This document shows, one piece after another, positions 26,346-38,284 of a stretch of DNA of 64,000 bases (position 1 is the stretch's first letter; every line of letters starts with the position of its first letter). The position numbers were made by a program, and so were the translations under genes. The notes under the pieces are model-generated. The model searched no databases. It was not told the DNA's origin and saw nothing but the letters and a program-made list of their open reading frames with translations. The DNA comes from Octopus sinensis (taxonomy: Eukaryota): assembly GCF_006345805.1 (NCBI RefSeq), contig NC_042997.1, positions 184,450,001-184,514,000 on the forward strand, written 5' to 3'.

Positions 26346-26878
26346 CGTCTATTGGGTGTAGGGACATGTTCAAACAAATCTCCAAGATATAATAAATAAA
26401 AACAGATGCTATTTTCCTTAAAGGCATGCTAATACAAGAGATGGATTGTAGATTCCATGCGATTATCTACCCTTGTCGTTTTGGGATCGGTCGTCATCAG
26501 TTGTTTGTTTGCTTTCTCTCGTAGCGAAGATGGTTTTGTTAATTCAGGAATTTATCTGATATGGAATTTCGTAAAACACATTTTTATTCCCTACATACAT
26601 AATACATACATACATACATACATGCATGCATGCATGCATGCATACTACATACATACATACATACATACATACATACATACATACATACATAGATACATAC
26701 ATATTTACATACATACGAACATACATACGTACATACATACATACATACGAACATACATACGTACGTACATACATACATACGAACATACATGCGTCTATCT
26801 ATCTAGCTATCAGTCAGTCAGTCAGTCAGTCAGTCTGTCTGTCTGTCTGCCTTTGTATGTATGTATGCATGTATACAT

Positions 26879-26965
<87 letters not shown>

Positions 26966-27023
26966 CGTATGTACGTACGTACGTATGTATGTATGTATTT
27001 ATGTATGTATGTATGTATGTATG

Positions 27024-27064
<41 letters not shown>

Positions 27065-27516
27065 ATATATATACACATGAGAGATATAGCGAAAGAGACG
27101 GTTGAAGAGGGCGGAAAATCACATCATATCTATTTTTTTTACGCATGTTTTCACTTATCAGTTAATAAATGTTCTTCTGGTTCAACCTTACAAGAGAAAT
27201 TGCTTGGAAAGATAGAGTAAATAAAAGCCCTATTTTGTCTCCATTTCCCATACTCGCAATCTAAAAATATCACTGCCTAGTTGTATCGCTATGCAACAGT
27301 TTATTTTCCATCTCCTTCAAGTCTAATGAAGACCTTAAAGGATGTGGAGAAATGATTTTTATATCTCTTCACTGACAATTATGACCGGCTATGTGATACA
27401 AATGCGTTAATGTCACGTGTTTACGAGAAAGCTTTGTCAATCAAGTTTAGAATAGAGATGTAGGCAGTGACTTCTGACTCGTCATCCTCCTCCTCCTGCT
27501 GCTGCTACTGCTGCTG

Positions 27517-27578
<62 letters not shown>

Positions 27579-27597
27579 GATGATGATGATGATGATG

Positions 27598-27633
<36 letters not shown>

Positions 27634-27659
27634 TAATAATAATAATAATAATAATAATA

Positions 27660-28213
27660 TGCCCTGATGCAGTACCAGGCAGTGGCTCTCATGGCTTCTG
27701 ATCTTAACTGATTGGAAGTGTTATCATGTACATTGTTTTGTCTTGGTATAAAAGATGGGCTACAGCAAATATTCTGCTCAATACCACAGATTTGCTTGTC
27801 AGTTGTTTGACCTTAACTAATTGAGCATGTCCCTTAGTGGCTGACGATATGTGCATCTCTGATCACGAGCAGAAGTAGTGGGGGAGCATCATAGCCATGT
27901 GTTGAGAGGATTCTTTGGGGTTTGAATAGTTCACCTCTGGAAACATAGGTGGTTCTTTCAACATCCTTAAACAACCCTTATTCAGGGACCGTTTGAGCGG
28001 GATGGGCTACTCAACCTGAAGAAAATTCTAATTGGGCCCCACCAGCAAGGTCATGTGCTGTTTATCTTGATATGAGATCACCATGTCGCGCACATATGGT
28101 TGTGATGCATGTGCCTGGTGTACCTTTATCAGATGGGTAGTCATGATGGGTATATTGGGCTTCGTATAATTTACCCCAGTGTCACTTTGATGGCATGAAC
28201 TTCTCTCTCACTC

Positions 28214-28214
<1 letters not shown>
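27660..28214. mobile_element. 555-bp non-coding element embedded in (TAA)n, copy 1
   Basis: Near-identical to 31569-32123, with the same two ends (gccctgatgc...ctctctcactc) and (TAA)n on both sides. Confidence 0.85.
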
Positions 28215-28246
<32 letters not shown>

Positions 28247-28249
28247 TTT

Positions 28250-28415
28250 AAATTTTGGAACAAGGCCTGAAATTTCTGGAATGAGGACTAGTTCATTACA
28301 TCGACCCCATAACTCAACTGGCACTTACTTTATCGACCTCGAAATGATGAAAGGCAAAATTGACCCCGGTGGAATTTGAACTCAGAACGTAAAGACGAAC
28401 GAAATGCCGCTTAAC
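28250..28415 (-). mobile_element. SINE family C variant with (ATT)n tail
   Basis: Reverse complement of the family C core. Its 3' end abuts the (AAT)n at 28215-28246. Confidence 0.75.
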
Positions 28416-28439
28416 ATTTAAAAGAATTAATACAAACAC

Positions 28440-29575
28440 CGTCGAAAATGAGGACAAACCACCGATCTAAAGTGACGAATATACCTGTCATGGAATGTGA
28501 ATTTTCGAGCAAACCTTTTGATGGTAAAGGGAAACCTATAAGAAGATATGGAAAAAGAATGTGTGACATCATCTGGCTGGAAACGCTGGGCTTGGATATT
28601 ATGGGATAGAGTGTGTGTGACCAGGCAAGGATAATAATTAAAAACGGATGGTTAGCAGCATTGGGGTTTGATGATATTAAGAACGACGTGACGATTGAAA
28701 ACATAAAACATAATGCGTGAGGATGTTGACGTTAAGAACTGAGCGATGGGGACAAATGAATGATCTAAAATATTACTGGTATCATTGAAAAATGTCTGAA
28801 TGTAGAAATAAATGGATTCAAGAAAGTGGACAGAATTTTGATCAACTGGTGGAATCGGAAGGTGAAAAGAGTACTGAGAGAAATTAAGACAATATAACCG
28901 AAACGAATAGATTGATTAAAGCTTGTATCAAGTATATATGAAGGAAAGTGGGTCTCGAATCAAACAGTAAAAGAGGAAATGAAGAAACAATAGCCTTGGT
29001 GGAAAAGAAAAAGGAAGCAATAAATGAACGAACCACGAAAACATATCAATACTTTGGGAGGAAAGAAAAGAGGGAAAACCAGAAATAAGGAGAAATATCA
29101 GGAACTAGAACGTAAATATAGGATCAAGGAAAAGCAGTTAAATGTAGTCCTTGAAGAGCTGAAACAAAGACTGCAGGCTGAAGTACAGAAATTAAGAGAT
29201 ACGGTTAAAGAATAGAACAACGTAAGATCAATAGATTGCTCCAACAGGATTAGAAAAGAGTTTATTAGTAGTTGAATGGAAAGGTTAACATCAGTGAGAA
29301 GCCTGACGCTGAAGAATGTACGAGGTCATGAAGTAACATCTTGGATAAAGGAAAGTGTCTTAATAAAGAACCTTCATGGTTGAAGGAATTAAGTTCGGAG
29401 CGAAAATGAAGTGAAACCGAATAATATAAGGATAACAACTGAAATGGTGACCGGGCAGACAACAAAGGTTCTAAATTGGTAATATCCAGGTTCGGATGTG
29501 GTACAAGGCTACTGGCTGAAAGCTTTCCCAGCATTACACGAAAGAATATCTGCAAATGGATGAGATGATACCTCC
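28440..29575 (+). mobile_element. R4/Dong-clade LINE, N-terminal/pre-RT relic (old, many stops)
   Basis: VMECEFSSKP...RRYGKRMCDIIW...VCDQARIIIKNGWL, then ELERKYRIKEKQLNVVLEELKQRLQA, then NW*YPGSDVVQGYWLK. These match R4/Dong N-terminal and RT0 motifs. Confidence 0.75.
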
Positions 29576-29672
29576 GCCTGGCATCTAAAGTTATTTATTA
29601 TAGGAATTTTTGTTTTTCGACATTCTAATCTGTTGTGTGTATATGAAAATAATAATAATAATAATAATAATA

Positions 29673-29729
<57 letters not shown>

Positions 29730-29731
<2 letters not shown>

Positions 29732-30356
29732 TCTCCACTGGCTAATAAGTCGGCATTACAATATCAAAACTGCCGACAAGTGGTATAATCACCACCCTGA
29801 GGCTGTAACTGAAGGAGAAAATGTAACCATTCTGTGGGACTTTCCAGTACATACAGACCGAACCATCAAGGCCAATAAACCAGATATTGTTGTGAAAGAC
29901 CAAAACAATAAAGTTTGCTTATTGATCGACATGAGCATCCCCTGTGATCATAATATCTCAGCGAAAGAGTTTGACAAGCTCAGAAAATATAAAGACCTAC
30001 TCATTGAAATTGAGAAAATGTGGCATCTCAAGGGGGTTACAATACCAGTGATCGTAGGAGCACTAGGAATGATCAAGAAGGGAACCGAAAATTATATGAG
30101 AATGATCCCTGGCTTACCATCCCTGCAAGAAGTGCAAAAGATTGTCTTAACTGGTACATCACACGTATTGAGAAGAGCATTGTCGATGTGAGAACTGTTG
30201 CTGCTCATGTATTTTAATTTAAATTAAAAAAAAAAAAAAATGAACGAACTACTGAGTTTGGTTTAATGGCCTACCAATGTATACTATGAGTTTCTTTGCC
30301 CTAGGAGTCGGGAAGACACTCGGCAAGAAATGGAAGTTTGAAAGAAGAAAAAAAAA
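29730..30356 (+). mobile_element. R4/Dong-clade LINE 3' fragment with intact restriction-like endonuclease (RLE) frame
   Basis: Open frame 29730-30191: YLHW...ILWDFPVHTDRTIKANKPDIVVKD...LLIDMSIPCD...KEFDKLRKYKDL...IPVIVGALG. It has a 3' UTR and (TAA)n on both sides. Confidence 0.9.
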
Positions 30357-30389
30357 GTAATAATAATAATAATAAAAATAAAAATAAAA

Positions 30390-30437
<48 letters not shown>

Positions 30438-30647
30438 TACACTTTCTACTAAAAGCACAAGGCCTAAAATTTGTTGGGGTGGGGGTAAGTCAATTTCATC
30501 GATCCACTACTTGACTGGTACTTACGTTATCAACCCTGAAAGGATGAAAGACAAATTCAACCTCGGCGGAATTTGAACCCAAAACTTATCTACATAAGAA
30601 ATGTTACTAAGCATTCTGTCCAGTGTGCTAACGATTCTGCCAGCCTC
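30438..30647 (-). mobile_element. SINE family C variant with (ATT)n tail
   Basis: Reverse complement runs from the head gaggctggcagaatcgttagcac to ccttgtgcttttagtagaaagtgta(att)n. Confidence 0.75.
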
Positions 30648-30709
30648 TAATAATAATAACAATAATAATAATAGTAATAATAATAATAATGATAACAATA
30701 ATAATAATA

Positions 30710-30759
<50 letters not shown>

Positions 30760-30760
30760 A

Positions 30761-30804
<44 letters not shown>

Positions 30805-30824
30805 AATAATAATAATAATAATAA

Positions 30825-31320
30825 TGAGGCCAGACATTACATTGAAGTACGTCAGACAAAAATCATGCCTCCTCATTGATATAACTGTCCCAATCGATAT
30901 AAGCGTGTCTGTCAAGACCTACCAAAAACTGAGCCAGTATAAAGATCTTGAAATAGAAATTGGCAAAATGTGGAACCTCAAAACTAAAGCAATACCTGTT
31001 GTCATAGGTGCCCTAGGAATGATAGCAAAAGGGGCTGATTGGTACCTAACTCAGATACCGGGAAACCTCAAAATGGCAGAAATTCAAAAGATAGTGCCCA
31101 TGGGAGCTGCCTGTATCCTACGTTAAAAACTGTCTATGTAATATCAAATTTTAAAACACTTATAATTTTCTTATGTTTTCTTAAACATTCTCTAGAACAA
31201 TACTTTGTACAAAACCAAATATGTGGCACCCTAGGCATAACACCAACTTGAACGCCTAACTTGTCTCTTGAGGTCTCTGGGTTAGACTTGGAGTCAACTT
31301 GTACAAATACAAAACATATA
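30825..31320 (+). mobile_element. Second R4/Dong-clade 3' fragment (different subfamily)
   Basis: RPDITLK...LLIDITVPID...KLSQYKDLEIEIGKMW...IPVVIGALG. 5'-truncated and flanked by (TAA)n. Confidence 0.88.
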
Positions 31321-31485
31321 ATAAAATAATAATAATAATGATAATAATTATAATAATAATAATAATAACAATAATAATAATAATATAATATAATAATAAT
31401 ATAATAATAATAATAATAATAACAATAATAATATAATATAATAATAGTAATAATAATAATAGTGGTAGTAGTAGTAGTAGTAGTA

Positions 31486-31552
<67 letters not shown>

Positions 31553-31568
31553 TAATAATAATAATAAT

Positions 31569-32123
31569 TGCCCTGATGCAGTACCAGGCAGTGGCTCTCA
31601 TGGCTTCTGATCTTAACTGATTGGAAGTGTTATCATGTACATTGTTTTGTCTTGGTATAAAAGATGGGCTACAGCAAATATTCTGCTCAATACCACAGAT
31701 TTGCTTGTCAGTTGTTTGACCTTAACCAGTTGAGCATGTCCCTTAGTGGCTGACGATATGTGCATCTCTGATCACAAGCAGAAGTAGTGGGGGAGCATCA
31801 TAGCCATGTGTTGAGAGGGATTCTTTGGGGTTTGAATAATTCACCTCTGGAAACATGGGTGGTTCTTTCAACATCCTTAAACAACCCTTATTCAGGGACC
31901 GTTTGAGCGGGATGGGCTACTCAAGCTGAAGAAAATTCTAACTGGGCCCCACCTGCAAGGTTATGCGCTGTTTACCTTGATATGAGATCACCATGTCGCG
32001 CACATATGGTTGTGATGCATGTGGCTGGTGTACCCTTATCAGACGGGTAGTCATGATGGGAATATTGGGCTTCGTATATTTTACCCCAGTGTCACTTTGA
32101 TGGCATGAACTTCTCTCTCACTC
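31569..32123. mobile_element. 555-bp non-coding element embedded in (TAA)n, copy 2
   Basis: Same sequence and ends as the 27660-28214 copy. Confidence 0.85.
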
Positions 32124-32142
32124 AATAATAATAATAATAATA

Positions 32143-32266
32143 CCGTAACCATCAGAGCATCACAACAAATCACACACCCAAGGCACACAGAGTTGCGTTC
32201 GGTAGTGAAGTGAAAGCCCGTTATAAAAATAAAACTACTGAATGATAATAATAATAATGATAATAA
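32143..32266 (+). mobile_element. Probable third R4/Dong-type 3' terminus
   Basis: About 100 bp between two (TAA)n tracts, with a cccaagg-stem-loop-tcgg motif (32177-32202) like the other Dong 3' ends. Confidence 0.45.
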
Positions 32267-32407
32267 TTTTTCATTTTAGATTCAGAACTACATTGAAAAA
32301 TATTCTATCGGACATGAAAGATGTCCGAATTCAAAATCCGATTGAAAGGGACGTAATTGAATCCTACAAAGCATTTTGTCCGGCACTCCAGAAATTCTCT
32401 CGTTGCC

Positions 32408-32448
32408 CACAACAACAACAAAAACAACAACCATTGCTGCTGCTGCTG

Positions 32449-32498
<50 letters not shown>

Positions 32499-32518
32499 GC
32501 TGGTGCTGCTGCTACTGT

Positions 32519-32549
<31 letters not shown>

Positions 32550-32602
32550 GCTGCTGCTGCTGTTACTACTACTACTACTACTACTACTACTGCTGCTGCT
32601 GT

Positions 32603-32639
<37 letters not shown>

Positions 32640-32656
32640 GCTGCTGCTGCTACTGT

Positions 32657-32693
<37 letters not shown>

Positions 32694-32707
32694 GCTGCTG
32701 CTGCTGT

Positions 32708-32777
<70 letters not shown>

Positions 32778-32797
32778 GCTGCTGCTGCTGCCGCCGC
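32408..32797. repeat. Compound (TAC)n/(TGC)n trinucleotide array
   Basis: Directly visible. Source of the poly-L/T/S/V/Y ORFs. Confidence 0.95.
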
Positions 32798-33452
32798 TAT
32801 GTTTCCTAACATTTGTCAGATAATCGCCATGAATGTAACATAATGTCATATTTACCATCGAGGATAAAAAGCGATACACACATGCTTCTAAGTTTTCATA
32901 CACGTGTTTTTTTTTTTTTTTTTTTTTTTTTTTTGATCACCGGAATGTTTTTAGGAAGATATGCAAACAAATACGGAATCGTGCTAACCATGTATGACGA
33001 TACCAAGCCAGCCGTGACTGCATGCGAGTCGTATAAAAATGTATACATCTCCCCCCACCCCCTGAAAAATGCACACGTCAGCAAAAAGCAAAGAAAGAAG
33101 GAAAAACAAAAGCAAAATATAAACACCTCAGAATTAAAAAAAAAAAATATTGGAAAATTCCTCAGAATGATAGAAAAACAAGAAAGAAAAGAAACATGTT
33201 TTTTTTTTTAATGAGAATTCGTGTCCCACGGGGGTCCAGAAAAGCTTTAAAATGAACTCTGTATATATGTATATGAGTGAGTGCACATACATACAGAAAT
33301 ACACACACACACACACACACATACAGACACACACACATACGCATCCATACACACGCGTGGGCATATTAATATACAACCATCTGTATCCATACTGTACATT
33401 GCTAAATATTTAGGCAATCTGTATATATATATATATTATATATATATATATA

Positions 33453-33500
<48 letters not shown>

Positions 33501-33511
33501 GTGTGTGTGTA

Positions 33512-33558
<47 letters not shown>

Positions 33559-33635
33559 ATATATATGTATGTATATATATGTATATATGTGTATATGTAT
33601 ATATATACATACATATATACAAATCGTATATACAT

Positions 33636-33672
<37 letters not shown>

Positions 33673-33685
33673 ATATATATGTATA

Positions 33686-33729
<44 letters not shown>

Positions 33730-34431
33730 ATATACATACATACACACATACGGACAAACAAATATGGTCACGCACATACATATTATCACACCGTCATAAA
33801 TGTTAAACATCTATACATAAATGTGTGTGTGTGTGTGTGTGTATGAGGAGTTTTGCGCATATATGTATTTTCCGTGGGAGTACAAAATATTTCTGCAGAT
33901 CTTTTGATAACGATACTATAGTTTTGGGCGAGCGAAAGGAAAAAAAGAACTGAGACAGTAGGCTCTAAGATTCTTTGCATCACCACCACCACCACCACCA
34001 CCACCACCACCACCACCACCACCACTACCACCACCACATACACCAGCACTCAACCATCTTCACATCATTCTCGCCCCTCCAGATAGTAAAACCATTCAGA
34101 GTTTTGTAAATATATTATAAAAGTTATGACGGGCAATCTCGAATTCTTTTGGTGTTTTTACACGATCTCAGTTCAGTCCACCTGGGACGCCCTTAAATAG
34201 TCCATCTGTTATTGTTATTGAGCTGAGCTTGCGGACTTAGCTGAAACAGTAGATTACCCAGTTGTATTATGCTTAAGTCAGTTTCCTTCGATTTTGCGTT
34301 CAAATTCAATCTGAGATAACATTTTGCTTAATTTTTGTCTGGAGTTGACTCAATCGGACAAAACACTGCAATCGGTAAAATGGATGGTCGATTCTTAATT
34401 ATTTGATTAACTTTCTTAGAAAACGGTTCAT

Positions 34432-34853
34432 AGGCGCAGGAGTGGCTGTGTGGTAAGTAGCTTGCTAACCAACCACATGGTTCCGGGTTCAGTCCCACTG
34501 CGTGGCATCTTGGGCAAGTGTCTTCTGCTATAGCCCCGGGCCGACCAATGCCTTGTGAGTGGATTTGGTAGACGGAAGCTGAAAGAAGCCTGTCGTATAT
34601 ATGTATATATATATAAGTGTGTGTGTATATGTTTGTATGTCTGTGTTTGTCCCCCTAGCATTGCTTGACAACCGATGCTGGTGTGTTTACGTCCCCGTCA
34701 CTTACCGGTTCGGCAAAAAGAGACCGATAGAATAAGTACTGGGCTTACAAAGAATAAGTCCCGGGGTTGATTTGCTCGACTAAAGGCGGTGCTCCAGCAT
34801 GGCCGCAGTCAAATGACTGAAACAAGTAAAAGAGTAAAAGAGTAAAAGAGTAA
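34432..34853 (+). mobile_element. SINE family A, full length, young
   Basis: Near-identical to the 9073 copy, with an (aaaagagt)x3 tail. Confidence 0.92.
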
Positions 34854-35240
34854 ACATCACATAATTTAATCTAATTCCTTGTTTCTCTCTCTCTCTCAAC
34901 CGAACTACTCGTAACCATGTAACAGAACTGTTTAAAGAGTATATAGAAATCAGCACAAATTTGCATAAAAGAAACAAATAGATGCTCCATACTGTGGGCC
35001 ATTTTCAATGGCGTCAAATGTGTCATACTCAAGTTTTTTGTGATGCATTAATGTCACACACACACACACACACACGTGTGCATGCATGTATCTGATGAAT
35101 CCCCGTCAGTCTATGATGAGGATAACCTAAATTCTCAAGAAAAATCAGCATGATAATGTGGTTCTCATCACATCCGAGTATGCTCGGGCGTATTGAGTGT
35201 AACTTTGCTCGAATATATGATGGCTATCTACTCATGAAGT

Positions 35241-35631
35241 GGAGGCGCAATGGCCCAGTGGTTAGGGCAGCGGACTCGCGGACATAGGATCGCGGTTTCG
35301 ATTCCCAGACCGGGCGTTGTGAGTGTTTATTGAGCGAAAACACCTAAAGCTCCACGAGGCTCCGGCAGGGGATGGTGGTGATCCCTGCTGTACTCTTTCA
35401 CCACAACTTTCTCTCACTCTTACTTCCTGTTTCTGTTGTACCTATATTTCAAAGGGCCAGCCTTGTCACACTCTGTGTCACGCTGAATATCCCCGAGAAC
35501 TACGTTAAGGGTACACGTGTCTGTGGAGTGCTCAGCCACTTACACGTTAATTTCACGAGCAGGCTGTTCCGTTGATTCGGATCAACCGGAACCCTCGTCG
35601 TCGTAACCGACGGAGTGCTTCCAGTATCCAG
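35241..35631 (+). mobile_element. SINE family B (tRNA-derived) with 13-bp TSD
   Basis: A box tggcccagtgg, B box ggtttcgattcc, (ccagtat)2 tail. TSD tatctactcatga at 35225-35237 and 35632-35644. Confidence 0.9.
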
Positions 35632-37063
35632 TATCTACTCATGACCATCACTAACCATTGCCCATGCAAAATTTCGGCAATGTCCATGCGTAAATTTGCT
35701 CCATCTACAATCGGCTTCACTCAGGTTCTCGCCCGCGGTTTCCATACTCACCACGACGCTCTCCTACACGCCCGGGCATCGGAGTATCACCTTGGTGGTG
35801 ATTTCGCTATCTAAAACTAGGCTCGTACAACACAACACAGGCCCTCTTCCTCCTATCAACATGATCCAAAGACGAATACATCTCCATATACTTTTAATTT
35901 CATTTTCACTTCCAGATAACCAAGCTTTAATCATAGGCTTTCTATTATCTGCGAGACTGGTGTTTCTTTAACTTACGTTTCCTTTTAAAATAATAAATAA
36001 TAAATTTAGATGTTTCGTGTTGTGAATATCTAATGTAAAATTATTTAAAAATACATTTTAAGATTATGTAACTACCATATCTTCTTTGCAGGAGCGTGTA
36101 AAATTCCATACTCAAATGTGGTTGGTAACCTTGTGCACAGAAGCATGCACAAAACACTCGACCATGTGCAATTTAAAGATTTAATTCCCAATATAATTTC
36201 TTCGATTTAAATTTATTGATTAGAATTAAATTTAAGTTTAAGATATTTTTTTACATAATTTATGTTTTGATTTAAAATTGAAAAAAAGAATTGAATTTTG
36301 ACACTTTAGGAGACAAAAAAATCTAATACAGCTTTATAGTATTCATTATAAAAAACTGTTGAGTATAGGGTTTTTCGAATAGCATCCCGCATACTTAAAT
36401 TCAAATCCATTATTCTCCGGGTCGCGTTACCCCAGTATACCAAACTTGAGTGTTGTAGGTCGTATCTTCTTGTTTATCGTGAGAGTAGGCACACACCAAA
36501 CACAGAGACACACAGACAGATAGACACACGCATACGCACACGCGCATGCGAGCGCGCACACAGACGTAATGCGAATTTGTATAGGATAATATCCTAAGTA
36601 ATGAAATAGTGATTGATGTATAGTTTCGTTAACAAGAGTTTGAGGGTATATGTTCTGGAGTGGAGGAGGTGGAGGAGGAGGAGGAGAGAGACAGAGAGAC
36701 TGAGCGAGAGAGAAAGAGTGAGTGAGAGAGGGAAAGAGTCAGTGAGTGAGAGAGAGTGTGTGTAAGAGTTATATAAAAAGAGAGGGGGAAGTAATGGAGA
36801 AAATAGAGAACCGCATAGAAAGAACGAATTAATAATTAAGCAGCCTTCCAGACAAAGCGTAGACACCAAAAAATACGAAGATAAAATATTAGTAAGAGTG
36901 ATATTATCAATAGATATAAATGATTAGAAGATAAAGATCGTAAGCGAAAAGCAACTCTCCCTCTCTCTCTTCCTTCCTATGTATATATATGTATATATAT
37001 ATATACATACATACATACACATACACATACACACACACACATTTATATATATATATGTATATC

Positions 37064-37151
37064 AAAATAAGCAACAAGGATATCAATAGGTAATGCAGTA
37101 CGATCGTTTCATGCGACTGCATTACCTCTGGATATCCTTGTTGCTTATTTT
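37064..37151. repeat. Fold-back inverted repeat (21-bp + 12-bp stems, 16-nt loop)
   Basis: 37064-37084 pairs with 37131-37151, and 37088-37099 pairs with 37116-37127. Confidence 0.95.
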
Positions 37152-37258
37152 CATTGTAATCACCCCATTTTAAATAATATGGATAATACCATACTAAATT
37201 ATGGTGCCTTTAACTTAAGTACCATATTCAACTGAATCTAAATTTTACTGAAATTACA

Positions 37259-37289
<31 letters not shown>

Positions 37290-37330
37290 CCACACACACA
37301 CACACACATACACACACACAAACACAACAA

Positions 37331-37379
<49 letters not shown>

Positions 37380-37699
37380 CATACATACATATATATCCAT
37401 GCATATGTACAGATATACACATCTATATCATACTGGCAGTCGTACCCAGCTTCGTCCAGGATTATTGATACCCTAAAAAATATATACTATTACATAAACC
37501 TCCTGCATTTTCAATAAATAGCTTTAAACAGATACTAAAATACGCCTGTGGCTTTCGTGATGTCGAATCACTCTAGACAGTTCAATCCAAGTTGGGTTGA
37601 TTTCAGATGCATTAAACTGCGCAAAAAAGACTAGTATTGTAGAACCAAAGAAAGAAATATATGTATATATAGGTACATACGTACACAGACATGTAAACG

Positions 37700-37751
<52 letters not shown>

Positions 37752-37766
37752 TACACCACACACACA

Positions 37767-37799
<33 letters not shown>

Positions 37800-37817
37800 C
37801 TATATATTATATATATA

Positions 37818-37853
<36 letters not shown>

Positions 37854-37943
37854 CATATGAGTAAATGTAAGGCCAAGCAATTTACTGCTCTACCTGCTCA
37901 AGTTTAAATATCTTGAGCACTACAAATTGTATTCTATACGGAG

Positions 37944-37995
<52 letters not shown>

Positions 37996-38013
37996 GTGTG
38001 TGTGTGTGCTTGT

Positions 38014-38057
<44 letters not shown>

Positions 38058-38154
38058 GTATTTATATAAATAAGGATAAGATCGTTATTTAAATATCAAT
38101 CTCATCAAGTGGCCAGCGTGGGAATAAAAAACCTTCAAAGGTAATAATAATTAT

Positions 38155-38284
38155 TAAAATTATAATTTAGGGTATGTAAAAGATACCACCACGCTGTAAA
38201 TAACAGCCAGTGGTTTTAGAGTCAACTTTTGGCTGCAATTTTCAGCGTGGTGGTATCTTTTACATACCCTAAATTATAATTTTA
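38155..38284. repeat. Fold-back inverted repeat with perfect 42-bp arms
   Basis: 38155-38196 is the exact reverse complement of 38243-38284. Confidence 0.97.

Noticed and set aside
32242-32843. Poly-Leu, poly-Thr and poly-Ser ORFs
   Set aside because: Read-through of a (TAC/TGC)n array.
35085-35120. CTGATGA-ATCC...GGAT hammerhead-like start
   Set aside because: No GAAA follows the putative stem II.
35241-35315. tRNA gene call for the SINE heads (also 9073 and 45906)
   Set aside because: A/B boxes are present, but there is no complete cloverleaf and the heads continue into SINE bodies with TSDs.
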